64,000 nucleotides of DNA from Hyaloraphidium curvatum SAG 235-1 (GCA_025558095.1 JAIVFI010000022.1:62001-126000); one strand, 5' to 3'; counted from the stretch's first letter, positions 11,743 through 22,285 are shown. Made by a program: numbers and translations. Notes: generated by a model from the sequence alone, not told the origin.

Positions 11743-13058
11743 ATGGCGGAGCATACTTCCGTCGCAACGGTCGTCGGCCCTAGGCAGTCGAGCGCAGCGG
11801 AAGGGCCCGACGCGTCGCTCGTCGCGCTCCCGCCCGAGCTGCTCCTCGCCGTCATGGAGATGCTGGCCTTGGGCCACAAGCGCACGCTCCTCAACCTGAT
11901 GTCCACGTGCCGCGTTCTATGATCTCTCGGACTCGGCACACCTTTCAGGGAGATTGAGTTGCCGGACACGGGGTGGGACGAGGACAAGCTACTCAGATTG
12001 GAACCATGGCGCGGCCTCGTCTCCGACGCCCTGGGATCTGGAAAGCTCGGCAAGGTGGAGACGCTCTCCTTGTTCCTCGTGGATCGCGACCCACTGTATG
12101 CCGACCTGATGCGGGGCGCCGGACGTTCGCTGAAGGACCTTTGCGTTTGCGCGTCCGACCGCGCAGCGATGGAGGATTTCCTGGGAGCCATTGGGGCAGT
12201 CACGGGCTTGCGCGGCATTAAGCTCGGATTTGACTGGGGCGTGGCGGAGTCTGAAGATTCGGACCTCAATCCTCAGGCGGACCCGTTCATGCCGCTGCTT
12301 CGCCACCTGGACACGCTGGATTGCCTGGAAGAGATTCATCTGGAGGAGCACGGCGGCATGTCCTGCTCCGATCCGGAACCGGGTTCCACGGACTGGCCGT
12401 CGGCGTTTGGCGACCATCCTCGGGCCGCCTCGAAGCTGCGCTCCATCTTCCTGGACTTCAACAACGTGACGAATACGCTGCAGGACTGGGCCGCCAAAGC
12501 ATTCCAGTCCATCGAACGCGTCCACTTCAACTTCGACGTGAATCCGGTGCAACCCGAAATCCTGCAGCGCATCTGCGAATCTGCGGCGGCTTGCCGGGTC
12601 TGCGGCACCTCACGGTCAACTTCCCGAACACCGCTGCGCTCGCGGACTTTGACTTTGGAAACCTTGAGAGCCTGCTTCTGCAACGCGCATCGCTCGACCT
12701 GCCGCCTGCCTCTTTTGCGCAGGTCCGCGCGGCAGTCGCTTCATCTGGTGTGCAGATCTCAATCGTTCCCAGGTGGGAAACCACTTTCATTCAGACGATT
12801 TCCCGAGCTCGAGATGTATGGGAGGCGCTCTCGTTGGTAAAACCTTGGAGAATGGAGGAATCGTTCTGGTGCGCAATCGAGGGTGTCGACATCGGGCGGC
12901 AGACAGCCGGCTACGCGGACGATTGGAACGAGCTGATGGAAAAGCTGAGCCGGGAATTCGCCGAAGCAGAGAGCTCGGATGACGAGTCGGATGATTCGCG
13001 CCGGCTGACCGAGGAGGAACGGGCGGAGTTCGGTTGGATTCACCATCTGGATGATTGA
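11743..13058 (+). pseudogene. F-box/LRR-like protein pseudogene (tandem paralog of 13220-14527)
   Basis: Colinear with the downstream paralog (ALPPELLLAVM, WRGLVSDALGxGKLGKVE, AFGDHPRAASKLRS), but has an in-frame TGA at 11920-11922 and an 8-bp insertion frameshift at 12571-12578. Confidence 0.85.
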
Positions 13059-13219
13059 CGATTGGCTTGTACGAAGCTGAGTTTGTCTTTTCTTTGAATT
13101 GAGTTCCGAGTTCCGATCTCCACGTCCTCGATGGACGCCTTCACCCTCTGAAAACCTCCAGTCGCTCGACGCGACCGTCGTCCCGCTCGACGAACACCCT
13201 ACACTACGCTGGCGCATCG

Positions 13220-14527
13220 ATGTCTGCTCTCTCGAGTTCCGCGCTGGTCCCCGCGGCCGGAAGCCGTCCCTGCCGCGCGCCGGAAAAGCGCGACGCGCTC
13301 GACGCGCCGCCCGTCGCGCTCCCGCACGAGCTGCTCCTCGCGGTCATGGACATCCTGGCCGACCGCGGACACAAACGCACGCTTCTGAACCTCATGATGA
13401 CGAGCCGCCGTCTTCTTTTTCTCGGGATTGGGCCGCTGGTACGGAAGATCTCGCTGCCCGACGAATTCGGTCCCTTGTTGGACAAATGGCGCGGCCTGGT
13501 CTCCGACGCGCTGGGCACCGGAAAGCTCGGCAAGGTGGAGTCGCTCGACGTTCATATCGGAGGTCGCGATCCGCTGTTTGCCGATTTGCTGCTCGGCGCC
13601 GGAGCGTCGCTGAATGAGCCCGAGTTCGTGGTCGCGGATCGCGCCGGACTGGAGGCCTTCTTGGGGTCTATACAAGCAGCGAAGGGTCTTCGGCGCGTTA
13701 CAATCGGTCTCCGCGAAGGCTTGGCTATCTCCGCGGGATGGGAGTCGCTGAATCCTCGGGCGGACCCGTTCTTGCCGCTCCTTCGGCATCTGGACCGGCT
13801 CGATAGCCTGGAGGAGGTCATCCTGGAGGAATCCGAGCAGCTTTCTTTCCTGGACCCGGTGCCGGGGTCCCGCAGCTGGCCCGCAGCGTTCGGTGACCAC
13901 CCTCGGGCTGCGTCCAAACTGCGCTCCCTTTACCTGGACTTTGACAACGCCACCACAACGCTCCAGGACTGGACAGCCGAAGGGTTCCGATCGATCGAAC
14001 GCGTGCACTTCAACCTGATGTCGCATCCTGAGGAGCCCGGCGTCATGCGGCGCATGTGCGACGCCTTCCCCGGCCTCCGCCACCTCACGATCAACTTTGC
14101 CAACACCGCCGTCCTCGCGGACTTCGATTTCGGGCGCCTCGAGTCCCTGGAGCTGGAGCACTGGCACCTCGACCTCCCTCCCGAGTCGTTCCCGCGGGTC
14201 CGCGCCGCCGTCGCCGCATCCGGCGTGCGCATCTCCATTTCTCCGAACTGGGAACCGGGTTTCGACGGGGAACTTCACAACGCGCGCGATTCGTGGGATT
14301 GTCTCGCCGTCGCCAAGGCCTGGAGGGAGGAGGAGCTGTTCTGGCGCGGGATCGAGGGCGTTCGGATCGACCGGCTCAAGATCGACGGCTACGCGAACAG
14401 CTGGTGGGAGCTGCTCCACGAGCTGTGCGATGAATGGGACGAAGAAGCGGTCGAGGGCGACGGGTCTGGCGAGCTGACCGAGGAACAGCGGGCCGAGTTC
14501 GCTTGGCTGAGGAACCTGGACGATTGA
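13220..14527 (+). CDS. F-box-like protein with degenerate LRR region, intronless
   Basis: ALPHELLLAVMDIL..RTLLNLMMTSRR F-box-like N-terminus; LxxLxL repeats (LDSLEEVIL, LRSLYLDF, LRHLTINF, LESLEL). Confidence 0.75.
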   Translation: MSALSSSALVPAAGSRPCRAPEKRDALDAPPVALPHELLLAVMDILADRGHKRTLLNLMMTSRRLLFLGIGPLVRKISLPDEFGPLLDKWRGLVSDALGTGKLGKVESLDVHIGGRDPLFADLLLGAGASLNEPEFVVADRAGLEAFLGSIQAAKGLRRVTIGLREGLAISAGWESLNPRADPFLPLLRHLDRLDSLEEVILEESEQLSFLDPVPGSRSWPAAFGDHPRAASKLRSLYLDFDNATTTLQDWTAEGFRSIERVHFNLMSHPEEPGVMRRMCDAFPGLRHLTINFANTAVLADFDFGRLESLELEHWHLDLPPESFPRVRAAVAASGVRISISPNWEPGFDGELHNARDSWDCLAVAKAWREEELFWRGIEGVRIDRLKIDGYANSWWELLHELCDEWDEEAVEGDGSGELTEEQRAEFAWLRNLDD

Positions 14528-15055
14528 CGAAGGCTGGGAGGCGGGGCCGGCAGATGAGGGCATTAATGGGGCACTTCCACCAAAAGGAGGGGCACAGGGC
14601 GGGGTCGAGGGCGCTGGCCGGGGTCGTGAGGGGTTGAGCGGGAGATGAGGCAATGAGCGGCGGCCGGGTCCGACCGCGCGGCCTCACAACCCGCTCGTGG
14701 TTGCAAAATTGCCCGTAACGGCAAATGGCGGTGTTTCCTCGCCGCCTCCATAGTCCGGCCAGCACATCGCCGCAGCTTGGTTGTGACTTGCGCCTGACTG
14801 CTCCCTGAACCAGCGTCCCTCGCCCGCATCCGGCCCCGCCACCGTCCCGCGACCCCGGGTGTATATTATCCCCTCAACAACATAAAATTGCGCCCGCTCC
14901 CTTGTCCCCCGCTCCCGCCGATCTCGCGAAATCGGGAACGGCCAGTCCGGGCAAACGGGCATGCCTTTGGTGGCTGGTGGGGTTATGCGCCCTCCGAGCG
15001 AATCCCCCATCGCGAGCAACCCCGCCCGCCCCCCGTGGGCCCTCGGACGGGGGCG

Positions 15056-18000
15056 ATGCGCCGCGGGGTGGCGCTCCTATTGGCGGCTGTGGTGCTGGCG
15101 GCGGCGATGGGCGCGGCGGGCGCGGAGGGAGCGGGGCCGGGCGCGCCGGCTGCGGCACGCCAGGTGTCGCCGAACAACAACGGAGGGAACGCCAACTGGG
15201 TGCTGGGCCAGACGTGGTGCGTGCCTCGCCATTTGAATCGCCGTGCCTGCGGCGCTGACCGGGATCGGCCCCCCGCGCCCCCGCCAACGCCCTCCTCGTC
15301 GCCTCTGGGCCCTGATCGCGTCCAGCTGCTTCCGCTGCGACTACCCCGCCGGCTGCTGCTGCGCCCTCCGCCCACGCCCCGTCGAAACGGTCACGATCAC
15401 GTCGTGGGTGACGCGGCTGCGGCTGGCGCGGACGACCACGCGCAAGCGCCGGCGGTTTCTCAACAAGTCGCGCACGCGGACTACTGCGGCGCCGACCGCT
15501 CGATCGGACGTCGGACAGCGCTCCCTCTACGGGGACCCCGTCGCGCTCGATGTCCCTCTGGACGTCGAGGACTCCTTCTCCGCCTCGGCGGGCCCGCTCT
15601 CCCCCGAGTCAGACGGCGACCCCGCGCACCGCCTCGAGCGGCGGCACCTCTGTCCCGTCTGCCCACCCGGGATCGACCCCTCCCCCTGGTCATCCTGGGG
15701 CCTGCACCGCCGGACCAACGGGCAGCAGTGGAAGCCGTGCTGCGCCCGCCGCACGGCCACGCGGACCGTGACCCGGACGACGTCGGTGACCTCCCTCCGG
15801 CCCGTGACTTCCCTGGGCCCGGGCCCGGGGACGACGTTCGGCCCCGTGCGGATGACGACGACGCGGCGGAGGGTGACAACGAGGAGCCCGAAGAGCAAGG
15901 TCAACCCGGACACGGCGGGGCTGACGAAAACGCGGACGCGGACGAAAAGCAGGACGAGGACGAGGACGCGGAGCACGTCGTATTCCTTCACGAGCTCGAG
16001 CGGGTCGCGGACGGCAACCTCTTCCGCGAGCGCGACGAGCTCGAGCACGTCCGGGACCCTCTCCAGCTCGACCACATCGCGGAGCCTGACCAGTTCCTCG
16101 AGTTCGGAGAGCCTGACCAGTTCCACGAGCTCGGCAACGACGTCAGAGTCGCGGAGCCTGACCGGGACGACCAGCGAGTCCGCTTCCGCAACGGCGACGA
16201 CCAGCGAGAGCCAGAGCTTGACGGCGACGACCAGCGAGTCTGCGTCTGCGACGGCCACAACCTCGGAGTCGCAGAGCTTGACGGCCACGACGAGCGAGAG
16301 CCTGAGCCGGACGGCTACTACCTCGGAGTCGCAGAGCTTGACAGCAACGACGAGCGAGAGCCAGAGCCGGACGGCTACTACCTCGGAGTCGCAGAGCCTG
16401 ACAGCAACGACGAGCGAGAGCCTGAGCCGGACGGCTACTACCTCGGAGTCGCAGAGCTTGACAGCAACGACGAGCGAGAGCCGGAGCCGGACGGCTACTA
16501 CCTCGGAGTCGCAGAGCTTGACAGCAACGACCAGCGAGTCTGCGTCTGCGACGGCCACAACCTCGGAGTCGCAGAGCTTGACGGCCACGACGAGCGAGAG
16601 CCTGAGCCGGACGGCTACTACCTCGGAGTCGCAGAGCCTGACAGCAACGACCAGCGAGTCTGCGTCTGCGACGGCCACAACCTCGGAGTCGCAGAGCTTG
16701 ACGGCCACGACGAGCGAGAGCCTGAGCCGGACGGCTACTACCTCGGAGTCGCAGAGCCTGACAGCAACGACCAGCGAGTCTGCGTCTGCGACGGCCACAA
16801 CCTCGGAGTCGCAGAGCTTGACGGCCACGACGAGCGAGAGCCTGAGCCGGACGGCTACTACCTCGGAATCCCAGAGCCTGACGGCATCCACGTCAGAGTC
16901 GCAGAGCCTGACAGGGACGACGAGCGAGTCTGCCACGGCCAGCGTCACCAGCTCCTCCACCTCGGAGAGCCTCACCTTGACCACGTCCGAGAGCCGCACC
17001 ACGGTGGGTCGCGCGGCTGTCGTTATCGGTCCTGAATCTCATTGCCTTCACGCCAGTCCGTCTCCGCCACCACGAGCGTCGCAGGATGCCCATGGTACGG
17101 CCCGTCGACCTGTGCTTGTGCGCCACCATGCTGATCTCTGCCCACCCCCGCAGCGTCTTCCCCCCCGACTTTGGCCAGTGCGGCGGCTCCGGCTGCCCCC
17201 CGACCTGGCCCGATCCGGCGGTCTGCTCCTCGTACACAGTGGACAACAACGTCAACGTGTTTGCCGCCGGCGATTTCACGACCAAGGACGGCACCGTAGA
17301 GGCCGAGGGCCGGTTCGTGATCCTCGGGACCATGCAGACCGACGGGTCCCAGCAGTCGGTGGGTGCCGGCCTCCACTACCCGCGCTACGGCGGCGAGCCC
17401 ACGACTGACGCGATTCGTTGGCCCGTAGTCCTTCTACGACATCGGGAAAGTCGGTGCGGGTGCCTGCACGGAGATCGACCCCGCCGTCCCCGTCTTCGTC
17501 ACGGATTCGGGCGCCTGCAACCCCGCGCAGCAGATCTGGCGAATGATCCCGACGAACAACTTCGGGTACTACGAGACCTCGTTCCCGCCGCAGTGCATGA
17601 CGGGCGGGCCCGCCAACGTGCTGCAGCAGAACTCCTCCGCGCTGGACCAGTACCTGAGCTTCCCGGCCCTCATCACGGGCATCTCCGACTGCCTGGTCTC
17701 GCAGACGGCGACGGGGACCTACAGCGTGGTGGGCTCCCAGGGCACGCTGCAGTGCGACGGGTCGTCCGCAATCCAGGTCTTCAACATCAACGAGGACGTC
17801 GGGGCCGCGAGCGGCTTCGGCCTCGACGTGAACAACTGCCCGGCGGGGAGCACCCTCATCATCAATGTCCTCGGCGGCCCCACGCGGCAGGCGGGCAGCT
17901 TCAGCTACGGCAGCATCACTCTCTTCCCGACCACCCACATCCTCTGGAACGTGCCCGATGCCACCACGGTGCAGGTGTTCGGGGACGGCCAGTCGCGGGG

Positions 18001-18184
18001 GAGCTACCTCGTCGCGCAGCCGTCGAGCACGATCCAGCTCACCATGCCGGGGATCAACGGGCGTATCTACACCCGGGGGAGCATCATCCACGGGCCGAGT
18101 ACCGGAGGAGGACGCGAGATACACAATTACCCTTTCAACGGGGTGCTGCCGGACTGCGGGGCCGACGCGTGCCCGTGCCCTTGA
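15056..18184 (+). CDS. Secreted adhesin-like protein: signal peptide, Cys motifs, Arg/Thr-rich tract, Ser/Thr repeat stalk, C-terminal choice-of-anchor-A (CAA) domain
   Basis: Signal MRRGVALLLAAVVLAAAMG; introns near 15217-15325, 17005-17155 (two introns around a ~10-nt microexon) and 17359-17428. CAA-type motifs NVFAAGDF..EGRFVILG, LIINV, ILWNVPDA, INGRIY, REIHNYPFNGVLP. Confidence 0.75.
16135..16995 (+). repeat. Coding minisatellite, 30-nt unit (TTSESxSxTA) x ~28 with 120-nt higher-order repeat
   Basis: Lines 16501-16860 repeat almost exactly every 120 nt; unit variants QSLTA/LSRTA/ASATA alternate. Confidence 0.95.
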
Positions 18185-18859
18185 AGGCGGGGAGCGATTG
18201 ATGGGGGCAGACGACCGGTCTCGGTGGCACATGGGGATGCGGTGGTCGAGTGGCTCGAGCATGGTGTACGGGTACATTCATCTACTTAGACTTGCTGATG
18301 TGAATGCTGTAACACATGACCGATGGTTACGATCCCCGATTTCCAAGATCTGTCGGCTTGGCGCCCTAGAATTGTTCCCTCGGATCCCGGGGCAGCAAGC
18401 CCAGCCATAGGTCTGCCCCGCGGACCGGCCGTCGCCGTTCGGACCTCTTCTACAAGAAGTATGTGGCTCTGCGAAAAGCTTTTGGGTCTGCAGGCCAGTT
18501 TCCGCCTCGTGAAGACCGGAATCGAGGAGAACGTCGTGCAGCACGGCGACCAGACGCTGAGGATCTACAACGGCGGAGAATGGCATTTCCGGCTCTGCCG
18601 CGAGGAAGGCGTGCTCAGAGACCTCAACACCGTGCGCCAGGCCGTCAAGGACGTCAGCGACGCTAATCAGCACTGGCTAATCCAGCCCGGCACGATCTTT
18701 TGGGGCAACCCCGTGCCTGCGCCGGAACCGATATTGGGCGTGACGACGGTGGCCGGGCTTTTCGGTTTTTGGGCGGGACAAACACAAGCTGCCTTTCTTT
18801 CATGTTATGGTAAACGGCACCTCGCGAAGCCGACCCCGAGCCTGTCACGTTCCCACGTC

Positions 18860-18970
18860 CCGAACAAAGACGGTGCCGTCCATCCGAAGGAATCTTCGAT
18901 CCAGCTGCACACACTGCTCGACATCCGCTACTGGATATCCGATGTCCCGAAAGTCAGTCAGTCAATGGGA
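18860..18970 (+). repeat. Copy 1 of a ~110-bp non-coding element (inverted copy at ~22175-22285)
   Basis: CCGAACAAAGACGGTGCCGTCCATCCGAA (18860-18888) matches the reverse complement of 22257-22285 at 27/29; weaker similarity continues inward. Confidence 0.75.
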
Positions 18971-19071
18971 ATCTGGGAATCAGTCAGTCAGGCACCATCC
19001 GCCCGCCGCCACCAGCGCCACCCCGCGCGACCCCCGATAAGCAGGCTCGGTGCGGGCCCGGCGTCCTAGAC

Positions 19072-20321
19072 ATGGACGTCTCCGCTCCTGCTCTGAACAT
19101 GCCGCCGCTCGTCGTTGGCTCCCAGGCGGACGCCGCCGAGGCTGCCGCCGCGAAAAAGGGCCACGCGGTTCCTCCGCCGCGCGACGCGCATCTCCTAGCG
19201 CGGTCCCAGGCCGCGGCCCGGAACGACCCCGGCCGCGCCGCCTTCGAGGCCGAAATCGCCGGGCTTCTCGCGGTCCGCGACGGCGGCGAGGGGACGTCGG
19301 AGCTGCACCGCAAGGCGACCATTCCTCCTGGGCCCCTGGCCAGAGTGAACGCCTACTGGGGATTCACACTGTTTTCCCTCCGCGGGCGGCCGTTTCCTTT
19401 CCTTCCGCTCGTCTTTTTCACGATCTACGCGGTTTCGGTCGCTCTCTTCGCCCAGCTGTACCTCGAGCCGAGCGGGTGGATGGACAGGTACCGCGCGCTG
19501 AAGCCCGAGCTCAAGGACGTGGCGCAGCTCCTCGGCCTCGCAGTCTTCCTCATCCTCACTTTCCGGAACAACTCGGCGTACAACAGGTGGTACGAAGGGA
19601 CCACCAGGTTCTACGAGCTCAGCGGGGCCATTCACAACGCGGGCCGCCTGGTCGCGACGCTGGTCCCCGGCGACCCGGCGGTCGATCTAATCTGGTGGTT
19701 GGTGGCGGCCCTGTTTTGCGCCAAGCAGCAGTTGCGCGCCAGCCCGGAGTTTGGCCTCCTCAAGGCGATACTCCCCCCCGCCCACTGGGCCGAGCTGGAG
19801 CTGCGCAAGGACAAGTTCCGGTGGTCCGTGTTCCGGTTCGGCGCTCTGGGCTCGACGGTCGACGTTCCCGGGAAGACCGCCGGGCGCCTGATGCACGACG
19901 CGGTCCGCAGCATGGAACCAGGTAATTGCACGCTCATCGATACCGCGATGCTTTGCACACCCTCCTTCCCACAGTCCTCGGCAGCTTCACGGCCTGCTCG
20001 CGGATCCTCAACACCCCCATGCCCTTCGCCTACCTCTCCCACCTCCGCTCCTTCCTCATCGTCTGGCTCGCCCTCCTGCCCTGGGTCTTTGTCGGCAACT
20101 ACGCCTGGGGCTCCGTCCCGCTCGGTGTGGTCATCTGCTACGGCGTGCTCGGGATCGAGGAGGCCGCGGTCGAGGTCGAGCAGCCCTTTGGCAGGGACCG
20201 GAACGACGCGCCGTTGGACGAGATCGCGGAGGTCACGCTCAAGCTGCTCTTTGATTATTTGTGGCTCGTGGACCCCGAGGGGCGGACGCTGGGGGGCAAA
20301 GCGTGCTTGACTGGAGCGTGA
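19072..20321 (+). CDS. Bestrophin / UPF0187 (YneE-like) anion channel
   Basis: FRNNSAYNRWYEG, CSRILNTPMPFAY, GIEEAAVEVEQPFG motifs; one intron 19922-19974 joins ORFs 19072 and 19926. Confidence 0.9.
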
Positions 20322-20483
20322 TTCTATGTCCTCGGCACCGATATGTGATTCTAGACTATTCCTCGTGCTTGGCTACTGTACAAAATGAAGATCAAGAGCA
20401 CCTATTGCCTTCCCACATGACGATCAAGAGCACCCATTTGGGCATTTCCACCCCCAACGAAAGAACGAGACGCCTCCCGCCCC

Positions 20484-20899
20484 TCACGGCCCCACCTCGA
20501 TCCCGTACATCTCCCTCCACAGCTTCCTCCACCTCCCCAGCTCGTACACCCCCTCCCGATCCCCCGTCCCGTACCACCCCTGCGCCCACCCCCACATCTT
20601 GACGACCGCCAGCACCAACCCCAGCCCCGCCAGCCGCGCCGCCGCCTCCGCCGCGCGCTCGCTCGGCGCCCGGAAGCCAAGCCTCGCGAGCGCCCAGCGC
20701 GCCCCGTGGGCGGCGTGGAAGGCCGCGGGGAGGGAGAGGATCAGGGTGTAGTAAGGGAGGAAGACGCGGGGGGCCATGAGGAGGGTGGAGAGGGGGTACG
20801 AGTACTCTGCGACGCGGGCGTGTCGGCGATCAACTACAGGAATAGGCGAGGAAGGTCCCACTCATGTCGTCGGGCCTGTCGAGGTACCAGAGCGCCGCC
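20484..20899 (-). pseudogene. 5'-truncated duplicate of the Mcp1/DUF1691-like gene (end of penultimate exon, last intron, last exon)
   Basis: AALWYLDRPDDM|KYSYPLSTL..FLPYYTLILSLPAAFHAAHG..WGWAQGWYG aligns to 22370-22800 with the same intron position; no homologous N-terminal half upstream. Confidence 0.7.
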
Positions 20900-21001
20900 C
20901 ATTCTCCCGCTCCGCCGGTGACCTCCGTCCCGACCCGGCGCGGCGCACAGGATTGATCCGCAGCAACAGCACGGAGGAGCTATCCCACGAAACCGGTCCG
21001 A

Positions 21002-22105
21002 TCATCCTCCCGCGGGCGCCTGCGACGTCGCCGACGTCTTTGGCTTCCTGTTCCCCCTCAACTTCCCCACCGCCTTGGCCTCCTTGCTCCACTCGGTCCA
21101 CGATCCGCCGTATCCGCCCCTCCACACGCGCGCAAACCTATCCCACGCGCCCAGGAATGCCCGCCGCTCCTCGTACGCCCTCGTCCGGTCCGCCCCATGG
21201 CCATTCTTCACCTCCAGCAAATCGTACCCCGGCTCCCACGCGCCCACCCTCTTCGCCGCCCCCTCCAAAGTGACGTTGTGTGACAGCATGTCCCACAGCG
21301 CCGAGAACATGGTCGTCCGCCCTTTGCCCGCGCGGCAGTGGAAGTGCAGCCACGTTCCCGTGCCCTGGAGGCGGCGGTGCAGGTCCGCGAGGAGGTCCAG
21401 CGTCTGGGCCGGCGGGCGGGAGTGGTCCGGCACGGGCAGACGGAGATACCCGACGGGCCGCTGGGCGGAGGCCGAAGAGCGGTCCAGGGAGGAGAGGAAG
21501 GAGTACTCGGTCTGCACCTTAGAGGCGACCAGTGCCGCCGCGCCGCCGTGCTTGACCTTGACCTCGAACTCGCGGCCGACGCGGGCCTCGGAGAGGCGCT
21601 TGATCAGGTGCTCCTCGAACCGCAGGGCGGCCATGCGGGAGAGGCCCGAGGAGAGCCAGTTGTTCTCCGCGTCCCAGGTCAGGCCGGCCGCACACCCCGT
21701 GCCTGGCCCGCACGGCTCGTTCGGCAAATGATGCGAAGAGTGGTTCACGGGGGTTTCGGTGGAGAGCAGCGCGTGCGGCTCCTGCCGCAGGTCGACGACG
21801 AACAGCGCCTTCGCGTCGTTCCCGATATTGTCCGCCAGCCACGCCAGTCCGCCGCCGTTGGGCTGCGCCGACGCGCTCATCCGCAAATCAGACAGTCCCG
21901 ATGCATCGCAGCCCGGCACGACGGCGCACCGCTCCGCCAGCGAGCGCGCCGTGCGGAAGTTGGCCGGCGGCGCAGGCGCGAACGGCGTGTCGACGACGAG
22001 GCGCGCCGAGGCGAGGGGCGACCTCGGGGGCGGAAACGCGTAGGAGAGGGGGAGGAGCGCGAAGAGGAGGGATAGCGGAAGCAGGGCGCGCCGGGGAACG
22101 GGCAT
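21002..22105 (-). CDS. Secreted protein-tyrosine-phosphatase-like phytase (inositol polyphosphate phosphatase), intronless
   Basis: Signal peptide MPVPRRALLPLSLLFALLPLSYA; SASAQP, VVDLRQEPH, YLRLPVPDHSRP and the catalytic loop WLHFHCRAGKGRTT typical of PTP-like phytases. Confidence 0.9.
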   Translation of the reverse strand: MPVPRRALLPLSLLFALLPLSYAFPPPRSPLASARLVVDTPFAPAPPANFRTARSLAERCAVVPGCDASGLSDLRMSASAQPNGGGLAWLADNIGNDAKALFVVDLRQEPHALLSTETPVNHSSHHLPNEPCGPGTGCAAGLTWDAENNWLSSGLSRMAALRFEEHLIKRLSEARVGREFEVKVKHGGAAALVASKVQTEYSFLSSLDRSSASAQRPVGYLRLPVPDHSRPPAQTLDLLADLHRRLQGTGTWLHFHCRAGKGRTTMFSALWDMLSHNVTLEGAAKRVGAWEPGYDLLEVKNGHGADRTRAYEERRAFLGAWDRFARVWRGGYGGSWTEWSKEAKAVGKLRGNRKPKTSATSQAPAGG

Positions 22106-22174
22106 TTGAGTGGAGCTGGGCGGATAGGATCCGCGGCGAGGCGGCCGAAACCCACGCCGCACCCACGTGGCCAT

Positions 22175-22285
22175 TTGATTGATCTCCGTCTGACTAACAG
22201 ACTTCGCGAACAAGCACTAGCAGCGGTGTCCTCTGCGGCCTCGATCGGAGTTCTTTTTCGAATGGACGGCACGGTCTTTGTTCGG
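22175..22285 (-). repeat. Copy 2 (inverted) of the ~110-bp non-coding element
   Basis: Reverse complement reads CCGAACAAAGACCGTGCCGTCCATTCGAA..GACACCGCTGCTAG..GAAGTCTGTTAGTCA, versus GACATCCGCTACTGG..AAAGTCAGTCAGTCA in copy 1. Confidence 0.75.

Noticed and set aside
11920-11922. In-frame TGA as possible selenocysteine codon
   Set aside because: Aligns to Leu rather than Cys in the paralog, and the same copy also has a frameshift.
16135-16995. Repeat array as CRISPR-like array
   Set aside because: No unique spacers; the units are in-frame coding repeats in a secreted protein; no cas genes.
15527-17002. 491-aa antisense ORF and 715-aa alternative-frame ORF over the repeat
   Set aside because: Stop-free by-products of the 30-nt repeat; the sense Ser/Thr frame links a signal peptide to a recognisable domain.
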